Assembly (NCBI GenBank): GCA_043808365.1
Contig: JAZDEZ010000021.1
Location: forward strand, 64,403 to 128,402
Origin: Patescibacteria group bacterium
GTDB lineage: Bacteria; Patescibacteriota; Patescibacteriia; UBA10025; JAHIVO01
Direction of reading: 5' to 3'
Length of the DNA: 64,000 nt
Positions 24,360 through 31,722 of this stretch are shown in pieces. A program made the position numbers and the translations under genes. Below the pieces are notes generated by a model. That model was not told where the DNA came from. It did no database searches and saw only the letters and a list, made by a program, of their open reading frames with translations. Numbering within the stretch: position 1 is the first letter of the stretch; the number at the start of each line of letters is the position of its first letter.

Positions 24360-26597
24360 ATGAAAATAAAAACAAACAACAAAGCCCAGAGGATTCGGGC
24401 ACTTAAAATTTTTATAGCTGTTGCAATTGCTAGTATGGCAATTGTTTTTTTGTCCGGCGGCGCGCGCGCTTCAGGCCAACCTGAGGCAAGGCATGGGGAA
24501 GTTATTGATCGTCCGTCTCAGACTACTGGAGCCTATCTATCACCAGTTTTTGAGACGGATTTCACGTTTGGATTGGCGGGCGTAGCTTGGCAAGGCGGGG
24601 CACCGAATGATTTTTCCCTTCGGTACCGTACGGATGGGAGCTGGTCCCAATGGTTTTCTCCCGAGTCCATGGACGCGGTACGTCAGGGGGATTGGCAATA
24701 TTCCATTGAGCCGATTCTGGCAAACCAGGCAGATGCGGTGCAGTACCGGGTAACTATCCGGGAGACGGCGCCGGTTGTTAAATTAATTTATGTCGATACT
24801 TCCGGAAAAGCTTCCGTTTCAGTTTTTAATTTTTTAAAAAAAATAGTTTCCCCAGCCTCAGCCCAATCGGCGTTTACTATCGCCAGCCGGGCGCAGTGGC
24901 AGGCCGATGAAAACTGGCGAAAAAATTCAAGCGGCGCGGACACCTGGCCGGCAGAGTATGTCTGGCCGAAGAAATTCGTCATCCATCATACCGCCGGCAA
25001 TGACGGCGGAACTGATCCGGCCGCTACCGTCCGCGGGATATATTACTGGCATGCCATAGTCCTCGGGTGGGGGGATATCGGGTACAATTATTTAATCGAC
25101 CAAGCCGGCAATATCTATGAGGGCAGGTATGGCGGCGACGGGGTGGTCGCGGCGCATGTCTATCGCGACGCCGCGTGTGCCACACAGCGATTTGGCGGAG
25201 CCCAGTATGAGGCCAATTTCAACCGCGGCACCATCGGCATCTCGATATTAGGTGATTATGAAACCACAGTGACATTGAATGATAAGGTCAAGAACGCCCT
25301 CACTGACCTCATCGCTCAAAAAGGCCTGTCCCAGGAAATATCGCCGTCCGGGTCTGGGTATCTCATTGATGCGGACTATCCTAATATTGTCGGCCATAGG
25401 GATTTAGATTGCACGACATGTCCGGGCGGAAATTTGTATGGCCAAATATCGGTTATTCGGACTGAGGCCCAGACGAAATATGATGCTTTGGCCGCGGCTG
25501 CCGTCACACCCGTCTATAAAACGAGCTATGTCGGACAGAGTGAAAATCCAGTCGCCGTGAAATCTAACACGGACAAGCAGGTCTGGGTTGATTTTCGCAA
25601 TGACGGCAATACTACCTGGCGGAACTATATCGCAGCGCCGATTCAGTTAATTGCGAAAAACGCCTCCTCTTCCCTGCGGGCGGCGGGGTGGCAATCAGAA
25701 ACAATCGTCACTAACCTGACGACTGCCAATGTCGCGCCTGGTGAAGTCGGCCGATTCTCTTTCACTATCAAGGGGCCGACGGACCAGCTAGAGGTGATGG
25801 ACAATTTTCAGCTGCAGATCAACAACCAGCCGGTTGAAGGCGGAGATTTTTCATTGGCGGCGCTGGTGACTGATCTGCCGTTTGCGGCTGATTTAGTGCA
25901 GCAAAAAATAGCGCCGGCGGTTTTCGCCAAACAGCACTTCACGACCACCCTGCAGTTCAAGAATATGGGTACGGAGGCCTGGAAGCGAGGCGACGTGAAA
26001 TTGGTTATTGAGGACCTCGGGGGAGCAGTGAGCCGTTTTCTGGACGCATCATGGCCGGGCAGGCTGGGGAATATCAATTTCAGCGAGAGTGAAGTGCCGC
26101 CGGGTGCCGTTGCGAATTACTCGGTTCGCATGTTGAGTCCCGCCAACCCAGGCAAATATTTAAACAATTATCGCCTCACCGGCAAGCAGGAAATAATCAT
26201 GTCTCCGGTCTATTCCATTACACGCGTTGATTCGCCGTGGCAGGCCGCATTTGTTGAACATAACATTCCGCCTGCAGTCATGAACGTATGGAGGTTTGGA
26301 GCCGTTGTCCGCTTTAAAAATATCGGCATTACTACCTGGGACCGCAGTATTGTTCTTAAGGCTTACGACCTCGGCGACGCAGTCAGCCGGTTCCACGATA
26401 CATCGTGGGTGAGTAACTTTACCGCTGCGCGATTGAAAGAGCAGAGCGTGAAGCCGGGGGGAACCGGTACGTTTGAGTTCCGTTTCCGCTCCCCTGCTGA
26501 ACCCGGCGTGTATTTCAACCGGTTTGTCCTGGACCGTAATGGGAGTGCGGTGCAGAGCGGCACGTTCACGCTTCTGACGCGGGTGGATAAAAGGTAA
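24360..26597 (+). CDS. N-acetylmuramoyl-L-alanine amidase (Amidase_2/PGRP type) with C-terminal Ig-like (NBR1-like) repeats
   Basis: 'FVIHHTAGNDGG...GWGDIGYNYLIDQAGNIYEGRYGG...GHRDLDCTTCPG'. Four repeats follow, containing 'VWVDFRNDGNTTWRN', 'LQFKNMGTEAWKRG' and 'VRFKNIGITTWDRS'. Confidence 0.85.
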   Translation: MKIKTNNKAQRIRALKIFIAVAIASMAIVFLSGGARASGQPEARHGEVIDRPSQTTGAYLSPVFETDFTFGLAGVAWQGGAPNDFSLRYRTDGSWSQWFSPESMDAVRQGDWQYSIEPILANQADAVQYRVTIRETAPVVKLIYVDTSGKASVSVFNFLKKIVSPASAQSAFTIASRAQWQADENWRKNSSGADTWPAEYVWPKKFVIHHTAGNDGGTDPAATVRGIYYWHAIVLGWGDIGYNYLIDQAGNIYEGRYGGDGVVAAHVYRDAACATQRFGGAQYEANFNRGTIGISILGDYETTVTLNDKVKNALTDLIAQKGLSQEISPSGSGYLIDADYPNIVGHRDLDCTTCPGGNLYGQISVIRTEAQTKYDALAAAAVTPVYKTSYVGQSENPVAVKSNTDKQVWVDFRNDGNTTWRNYIAAPIQLIAKNASSSLRAAGWQSETIVTNLTTANVAPGEVGRFSFTIKGPTDQLEVMDNFQLQINNQPVEGGDFSLAALVTDLPFAADLVQQKIAPAVFAKQHFTTTLQFKNMGTEAWKRGDVKLVIEDLGGAVSRFLDASWPGRLGNINFSESEVPPGAVANYSVRMLSPANPGKYLNNYRLTGKQEIIMSPVYSITRVDSPWQAAFVEHNIPPAVMNVWRFGAVVRFKNIGITTWDRSIVLKAYDLGDAVSRFHDTSWVSNFTAARLKEQSVKPGGTGTFEFRFRSPAEPGVYFNRFVLDRNGSAVQSGTFTLLTRVDKR

Positions 26598-26619
26598 AAA
26601 GTTTTATAAATAAAAAACA

Positions 26620-26649
26620 CCCCACCTAAGGATACACTCCTTGGTGGGG
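26620..26649. terminator. bidirectional terminator hairpin
   Basis: CCCCACC(T)AAGGA-TACAC-TCCTTGGTGGGG, flanked by an A-run on the left and T-rich sequence on the right, between convergent genes. Confidence 0.6.
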
Positions 26650-26659
26650 ATTTCATGCG

Positions 26660-26887
26660 TCAGGCAGTCCTATTTTCCGCATTCTCTGGTTTCACTAAAA
26701 CAACTAATATGAAGCAAAATGCGCATATATAGATTGCCATAAACAATCCATGGTACGCGTTGAGCAGGTAGTTGAGCGCCTCACGATATGGCGCCCATAT
26801 CATCAACGGGTTGAGATCGACCGGTGCCAGGACAATCGCAAACGCGAATAGTCCGAGTAGGGCCTGCCATGTTTCTAAAGTTTTCAA
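26660..26887 (-). CDS. small membrane protein
   Basis: 75 aa with two TM helices. AAGGAGGT lies 5 nt upstream of the TTG start. Confidence 0.55.
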   Translation of the reverse strand: MKTLETWQALLGLFAFAIVLAPVDLNPLMIWAPYREALNYLLNAYHGLFMAIYICAFCFILVVLVKPENAENRTA

Positions 26888-27027
26888 ATATTACCTCCTT
26901 TGGGTGAGTTATCGCTTCATGAAAGGACATTTTAAAGTACGTATAAAGTAGCATATATAAAGTAGCATAACTGATTAATAAGTCAATAGAAAACCACTGG
27001 TGAATTGTCGGCGGCAGCTTGAAATAA

Positions 27028-27420
27028 TCACTTAATTTTCAGCTTTTTTTTCACTTTAGCCACCACATCAGCCAGCTTCCATTCCGCCTTAATGAGGTAT
27101 TCCTGGGATTTATCGCCAATGTCTTTGGCCGTATCCGCGGCAGACAGGTTTGTCAGGATTATTACTGGCACGTTTTTTCCCCACTGGTCATTACGTAGTT
27201 TTCTAAGGGCGGTGATGCCGTCCATTTTTGGCATGATAATGTCCAATAGTATCAGGTCAGGGTGCTCGCGGATGGCCAATTCCAGGCCCATTTCACCGTT
27301 CATGGCTTTATGCACGACAAACCCTTCTTTACTGAGAGTTTTTGCCAATGCCCACAGCAACACCGTGTCATCTTCTATGATAAGTATGGTTTTTTCTATG
27401 GCTCTTTTCGGCGCGCGCAT
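27028..27420 (-). CDS. single-domain response regulator (CheY-like receiver)
   Basis: 'ILIIEDD', 'PDLILLDIIMPKMDG' and 'PVIILTN...KA' supply the acidic pocket, phospho-Asp and conserved Thr/Lys positions. No output domain. Confidence 0.85.
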   Translation of the reverse strand: MRAPKRAIEKTILIIEDDTVLLWALAKTLSKEGFVVHKAMNGEMGLELAIREHPDLILLDIIMPKMDGITALRKLRNDQWGKNVPVIILTNLSAADTAKDIGDKSQEYLIKAEWKLADVVAKVKKKLKIK

Positions 27421-27437
27421 AGTGTTTGTGCTTTAGC

Positions 27438-27800
27438 CTATATGATTGCCTTGATTTTTTTTACGTAATCTTCAAGCTTCCAGTCTGATTTTTCGATATA
27501 CTCGCAATGCCACTCGTTCCGCACTTCAGCTTCTTTTTGGGGGTCATGCATATTCGTCATGACGATGATCGGGACATCTTTGCCCCATTCATCCATGCGC
27601 ACTTTCCGCAGCAAGGTCAATCCATGAAGTTTAGGCATCAGGATGTCTAATAATATCAGGTCTGGGTGGCTGGCGATGGCCATGGCCAGCCCCGCCTCCC
27701 CGTCGGGAGCGCTAGATACGCCATACCCCTCGAGAGTGAGTCGATGTGATAATAATTTGACCATCCCCGGCTCATCCTCTACGATAAGTATTTTTTTCAT
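27438..27800 (-). CDS. single-domain response regulator (CheY-like receiver)
   Basis: 'ILIVEDE', 'PDLILLDILMPKLHG', 'PIIVMTN'. No output domain. Confidence 0.85.
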   Translation of the reverse strand: MKKILIVEDEPGMVKLLSHRLTLEGYGVSSAPDGEAGLAMAIASHPDLILLDILMPKLHGLTLLRKVRMDEWGKDVPIIVMTNMHDPQKEAEVRNEWHCEYIEKSDWKLEDYVKKIKAII

Positions 27801-27828
27801 AGTATATTATATATTTAAATTATTATTA

Positions 27829-27901
27829 TGGACCCTACCGGGCTCGAACCGGTCACCTCCGCGATGCAAACGCGGCGCTCTACCAAATGAGCTAAGGGCC
27901 C
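27829..27901 (-). tRNA. tRNA-Ala (anticodon UGC), no encoded CCA
   Basis: GGGCCCT/TA/GCTC-ATTTGGTA-GAGC/G/CCGCG-TTTGCAT-CGCGG/AGGTG/ACCGG-TTCGAGC-CCGGT/AGGGTCC/A. The G3:U70 Ala identity pair is present. Confidence 0.9.
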
Positions 27902-27924
27902 ATGTTGTAATCATATCCACAATC

Positions 27925-28125
27925 GTTGTTTGGGGCGCTCTTCCGGGACGTTCGAACCTGTTCATTATGTCCCGACGATCGCTTTCAGCGATGTCGGGAT
28001 CCCGACTTTACGTCGGGACTAATGGCCCAGAGTGTACTCATTATACTAACATTGTTTGAGGGGTGTCTGTCACAGCCGTTCAGATTTGTCCATTATATCC
28101 CGATTATGCGTCGGGACTAACAGCT
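27925..28125 (-). pseudogene. tRNA-derived fragments interrupted by TCCCGAC...GTCGGGA hairpins
   Basis: Minus-strand reads: GGGAGCTGTTAG[TCCCGACGCATAATCGGGA]TATAATGG... and GGGCCATTAG[TCCCGACGTAAAGTCGGGA][TCCCGACATCGCTGAAAGCGATCGTCGGGA]CATAATGAACAGGTTCGAACGTCCC... Neither yields a foldable cloverleaf after hairpin removal. Confidence 0.55.
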
Positions 28126-28132
28126 CCCGGAT

Positions 28133-28384
28133 TTATTGATTTACCGTCTCGATTGAATTACTGAATATCGCGCGGAGGATTGAAGACAGTATTCCTGACA
28201 TGTAGAGGAATGACAGGACAATGGCAGATATGCCAATGAGCTTATACAACAGTCGTGTGCCGCCTTCCGTGCCGAGGTGTGCTTCTGCCCAAGCAACGCG
28301 TCCGAAATTGTCCATGATCCACTCAGCCTTCCAGGTGATGAGGAAGCCGACGCCGATGATGATAATGCCTAAGAAGTATTTCAT
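28133..28384 (-). CDS. small membrane protein
   Basis: 83 aa with two to three TM helices ('YFLGIIIIGVGFLITW', 'LIGISAIVLSFLYMSGILSSIL'). Confidence 0.5.
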   Translation of the reverse strand: MKYFLGIIIIGVGFLITWKAEWIMDNFGRVAWAEAHLGTEGGTRLLYKLIGISAIVLSFLYMSGILSSILRAIFSNSIETVNQ

Positions 28385-28452
28385 TGTAGTTTAGTTATGC
28401 TGGTGAGGCGGACCCCCCGCCCGCTTCGCCTTGCGCCTTATAATGATATCAA

Positions 28453-28487
28453 TGGGCTCGATAGGAGTTGAACCTATGACCTTGCGG
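28453..28487 (-). pseudogene. orphan tRNA 3' half (variable loop, T-arm, acceptor 3' strand)
   Basis: CCGCAAGGTC/ATAGG-TTCAACT-CCTAT/CGAGCCC/A. The region where the 5' half should be is replaced by GC hairpins at 28488-28545, and no GGGCTCG partner strand is present. Confidence 0.55.
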
Positions 28488-28569
28488 ACCCGCCTGCCTT
28501 CGCCATGGACGATGAAGGACTCTCCGCCAGAGGCGGACCTCGCCCTACTTTGATTAATTTTATTTATTG

Positions 28570-28635
28570 TGGCGGGGGAACCTTCAACCTCTCGGATGTA
28601 AACCGAACGCTCTAACCATTGAGCTAATCGTCCCC
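28570..28635 (-). pseudogene. tRNA-Val(UAC)-like copy lacking a proper T-arm and 3' acceptor
   Basis: GGACGAT/TA/GCTC-AATGGTTA-GAGC/G/TTCGG-TTTACAT-CCGAG, then a degenerate GGTTGAAGGTTCCCCCGCCA. Confidence 0.55.
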
Positions 28636-28710
28636 GGCAATGGCGGGCAGATGTCCCGCTCTATTTCATTTTTTTCGAATTGTATCGCGGGATCCTCGCC
28701 CGTCGAGGGC

Positions 28711-28929
28711 GGGATAAACCGAATGTTCTAACCGACTGAGTCCCGATGTTCCGACTAGTGTCGGAAATCGGGATCCCGACATCGCCTGCGGCGATCGTCG
28801 GGACTAATCACCCATACAGGTAAATGCGCTCGGAAGTCCCGCCGTTCCGTTTAACTGCGGGCGGGTAACTAATTCCAACGTTTCAGTCGGAATCCCGACC
28901 GCTTCGCGTCGGGACTGAGCTAATCTTGC
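28711..28929 (-). pseudogene. two tRNA-Val-like 5' fragments interrupted by hairpins
   Basis: GGGTGATTAG[two hairpins, 28741-28803]CTCAGTCGGTTAGAACATTCGGTTTAT... and GCAAGATTAGCTCAG[hairpins 28870-28913]... Confidence 0.55.
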
Positions 28930-28933
28930 TTTA

Positions 28934-29009
28934 TGGTGGGCAACGAGGGATTCGAACCCCCGACCCTACGGATGTAAACCGTATGCTCTAACCGCTGAGC
29001 TAGTTGCCC
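28934..29009 (-). tRNA. tRNA-Val (anticodon UAC), CCA encoded
   Basis: GGGCAAC/TA/GCTC-AGCGGTTA-GAGC/A/TACGG-TTTACAT-CCGTA/GGGTC/GGGGG-TTCGAAT-CCCTC/GTTGCCC/A/CCA. Confidence 0.9.
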
Positions 29010-29022
29010 TTACTTTTTAATT

Positions 29023-29095
29023 TGCGCCCGGAGGGAATTGAACCCCCAGCCTTCTGGTTCGAAGCCAGACGCTCTATCCATTGAGCCACGGGCGC
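29023..29095 (-). tRNA. tRNA-Arg (anticodon UCG), no encoded CCA
   Basis: GCGCCCG/TG/GCTC-AATGGATA-GAGC/G/TCTGG-CTTCGAA-CCAGA/AGGCT/GGGGG-TTCAATT-CCCTC/CGGGCGC/A. Confidence 0.9.
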
Positions 29096-29203
29096 TTGAT
29101 GAGCGCTGATAAAGTACCATAGTTTTAGAGGGCAATCAATGCCTTTAAGCAATAAAACCGCCTTACTATATGGCGGCCTTAAGTGTTTCCTGGCAATCTC
29201 CAA

Positions 29204-30253
29204 TTACTGTAAAAGCGATGGCGTGACCATATAGCTCTTGGCCACATCTTTGGTGATATACCCCTCCTCATAGAGCCGCTTCAGGTCCTGGTCCATGGTG
29301 AACATCCCCTCGTCAGCGCTAGTCTGGATGACCGTCTTGATTTGAGGAATTTTGTTTTCACGGATCAAGTTGGAAATTGCTGGAGTATTAATGAGGATTT
29401 CCCGTGAAGCGATTCGGCCGCCATTGATGCGCGGCAAGAGCTGTTGGGAAATGATGCCTTTTAGGAATAATGAAAGCTGCAGCCGGATTTGGGATTGCTG
29501 GTAGGGCGGGAACACGTCGATGATACGGTCCACGGTTTGGGCCGCGTTATGGGTATGGAGGGTAGCCAGCACTAAGTGTCCTGTTTCCGCCAGCGTAATG
29601 GTAGTGGCGATGGTTTCCAGGTCGCGCATTTCCCCGACGAGTATCACGTTCGGATCCTGCCGCAGGAGGTGCTTGAGGGCCTGGGGGAATGAAACCATGT
29701 CCGTACCGAGTTGGCGCTGGACGATCAGGCTTTTGCCGTCGCCTCCGTCATAGATGAATTCGATTGGGTCTTCGAGGGTGATGATATGCGCGGCCCGTTC
29801 ATGGTTGATCAGGTTGATCATGGCGGCCAGCGAAGTTGATTTGCCGCAGCCGGTCGGGCCGGTCACCAGGACTAATCCTTGCTTGAGGCGCATCATGTCA
29901 TAGACGATTTTTGGCAGCATGAGCTCTTCCATGGTCGGGACGGATTTGGCGATGATGCGGGCGGCCAGGCAGACACTGTCTTTTTCCCAGAAGCAATTAA
30001 CGCGGAACCTGGATAGCCCGTTGATTTCATAAGACAAATCAAGCTCCCGTTCATGCAGCAGGAGCTGGCGCTGTTTTTCCGTGAGGATTTCAGACACCAT
30101 TTCCTCTAATTCTTTGTCGGCGAATCTTTTATGGGTATCCGTCTCGGTCAGCTCGCCGTCAATGCGGAAAATTGGAGCATGGCCGACGGTTAAGTGGATG
30201 TCCGAAGCATGGCGTTTAACGGCCGACTTGAAGATATCATCTATTTTTGGCAT
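29204..30253 (-). CDS. pilT: type IV pilus retraction ATPase PilT
   Basis: 'ASDIHLTVGHAPIFRIDGEL', Walker A 'GPTGCGKSTS', 'ITLEDPIEF', 'ILVGEMRDLETI', 'GHLVLATLHT'. The 349-aa size is typical of PilT. Confidence 0.92.
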   Translation of the reverse strand: MPKIDDIFKSAVKRHASDIHLTVGHAPIFRIDGELTETDTHKRFADKELEEMVSEILTEKQRQLLLHERELDLSYEINGLSRFRVNCFWEKDSVCLAARIIAKSVPTMEELMLPKIVYDMMRLKQGLVLVTGPTGCGKSTSLAAMINLINHERAAHIITLEDPIEFIYDGGDGKSLIVQRQLGTDMVSFPQALKHLLRQDPNVILVGEMRDLETIATTITLAETGHLVLATLHTHNAAQTVDRIIDVFPPYQQSQIRLQLSLFLKGIISQQLLPRINGGRIASREILINTPAISNLIRENKIPQIKTVIQTSADEGMFTMDQDLKRLYEEGYITKDVAKSYMVTPSLLQ

Positions 30254-30471
30254 AGGATCGCGGTGAAAAAAAACGCTCGATGAGATTGAGCAGGGCTCGA
30301 TGGCCCTTTCTTTTCTTATAATACATAGTCTGCCCTAAGGAGAAGAGTGCCGCTTTATTCAGCATTATGGCTGAATTTTTTTCCATTGTTTATTTTTAGT
30401 TTTTATTTCTAATGTAATTGTAGCATATTATTTAAGAAATGTCAATGAAAAACAGAACATTACATTTTTGT

Positions 30472-30500
30472 TTGACAAAAGCCAATTTTCGTGTTATTTT
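30472..30500 (+). promoter_or_regulatory. sigma70-like promoter candidate for the HK-RR-pilBC operon
   Basis: TTGACA (30472-30477), 17-nt spacer, TATTTT (30495-30500). Confidence 0.35.
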
Positions 30501-30536
30501 ACATATGAAAAAGAATAATTTCGCCGTAGAATATAT

Positions 30537-31334
30537 ATGACAATTCTTGATTATATACTGGTGGTATTACTATTAATTCTTGGATATTATATAGTAGTCC
30601 TCCGAAGAAAGGTCCGCCGGCAAGCCCAGGAAGAAATCAAGAAAATGGAAGACCGCCGCTCTGGCTTTGTTTCCATTATCAGCCATCAATTACGCACCCC
30701 ATTGTCGATCATCAAGGGGTATATTGAGGCACTGGTCACTGGCGATCAGGGCCAATTGAATGACGGGCAAAAAGAATACCTGAATGATGCCCTGGCGATC
30801 AGTCAGGATTCGGTAAATCTGGTAAATGATTATCTTGATGCGGTCAAAATGGACATCGAACAGATGACTCTGAAAAAGGAACGGGTAGATTTTATTCAAC
30901 TAGTGAAGATAGAACTTAATAAGCTGCGCCCATTGGCGCTCGCCTCAAACTGCGAGATAACATTTACTCCGCCGGCCGAACAAATTCTCAATGCACCGGT
31001 TGATGTAATAAAAATCAGGCAGGTTATAGAAAATATTTTAGCGAATGCCGTCAAGTATTCTCGTGGCCGAGGGCAGGCGAGCGTATCGCTGGAGAAAAAA
31101 GGGGGCCAGGCCGTGTTTTCCTGCCGCGATACGGGCTTAGGCATACCCAAAGACCAACAGGTAGAGCTTTTTACTAAATTTTTCCGTGCCAAGAATATTG
31201 TCCACCGCAACACCAAGGGATCGGGCCTGGGGCTGTATTTATCAAAAATAATAGTAGAAGCGCACGGCGGGCACATCATGGTCGCCTCACAGGAGGGCCA
31301 AGGCACGACGGTGCAGTTCACCTTACCTCTCTAA
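30537..31334 (+). CDS. sensor histidine kinase (one TM, HisKA + HATPase_c)
   Basis: H-box 'FVSIISHQLRTPLSII', N-box 'ENILANAVKYS', and G-boxes 'DTGLGIP' and 'GSGLGLYLSK'. Confidence 0.85.
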   Translation: MTILDYILVVLLLILGYYIVVLRRKVRRQAQEEIKKMEDRRSGFVSIISHQLRTPLSIIKGYIEALVTGDQGQLNDGQKEYLNDALAISQDSVNLVNDYLDAVKMDIEQMTLKKERVDFIQLVKIELNKLRPLALASNCEITFTPPAEQILNAPVDVIKIRQVIENILANAVKYSRGRGQASVSLEKKGGQAVFSCRDTGLGIPKDQQVELFTKFFRAKNIVHRNTKGSGLGLYLSKIIVEAHGGHIMVASQEGQGTTVQFTLPL

Positions 31335-31344
31335 ATAAATTATC

Positions 31345-31719
31345 ATGGCAAAAAAAGTATTAATTATCGAAGACGATCTCTCGCTTTTGAAGATTTATAC
31401 CAATAAATTGAAATTAAACGGGTATGAAGTGTCCATGGCCACGACCGGCGACGAAGGCGTACGCAAGGCAAAAATCGAGCGTCCAAATATCATCCTGTTA
31501 GATCTGATACTTCCCGGCCAGGACGGTTTTCAGGTGCTGCAACTGCTCAAGGGCGCTCCGGCCACCAGCGGGATACCCGTCGTGATTATGTCAAACTTAG
31601 CCCAGCCGTCAGACAAGCAGCGCGCCGCCGATCTTGGCGCCGTCGCTTATTTGGTAAAAGCGGACATCAGTCTCGTAGACATGATTGCTAAGGTAAAGGA
31701 ATTAATAGCAACCGACTAG
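31345..31719 (+). CDS. single-domain response regulator
   Basis: 'VLIIEDD', 'PNIILLDLILPGQDG', 'PVVIMSN...KA'. It lies 10 nt after the HK stop and 3 nt before pilB. Confidence 0.88.
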   Translation: MAKKVLIIEDDLSLLKIYTNKLKLNGYEVSMATTGDEGVRKAKIERPNIILLDLILPGQDGFQVLQLLKGAPATSGIPVVIMSNLAQPSDKQRAADLGAVAYLVKADISLVDMIAKVKELIATD

Positions 31720-31722
31720 TTT

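Noticed and set aside
27902-28933. Idea that the hairpin-interrupted tRNA-like sequences are functional intron-containing (BHB-type) or split tRNA genes.
   Set aside because: After removing the hairpins, none has a matching 3' acceptor strand plus an intact T-arm. The tRNA-Glu relic also lacks a D-stem strand. Bacteria are not known to have the archaeal splicing endonuclease. I kept this as something tRNA-seq could overturn.
29000-29203. 67-aa minus-strand ORF.
   Set aside because: It overlaps tRNA-Val and tRNA-Arg, and its sequence ('VAQWIERLASNQKAGGSIPSG') is a translated tRNA.
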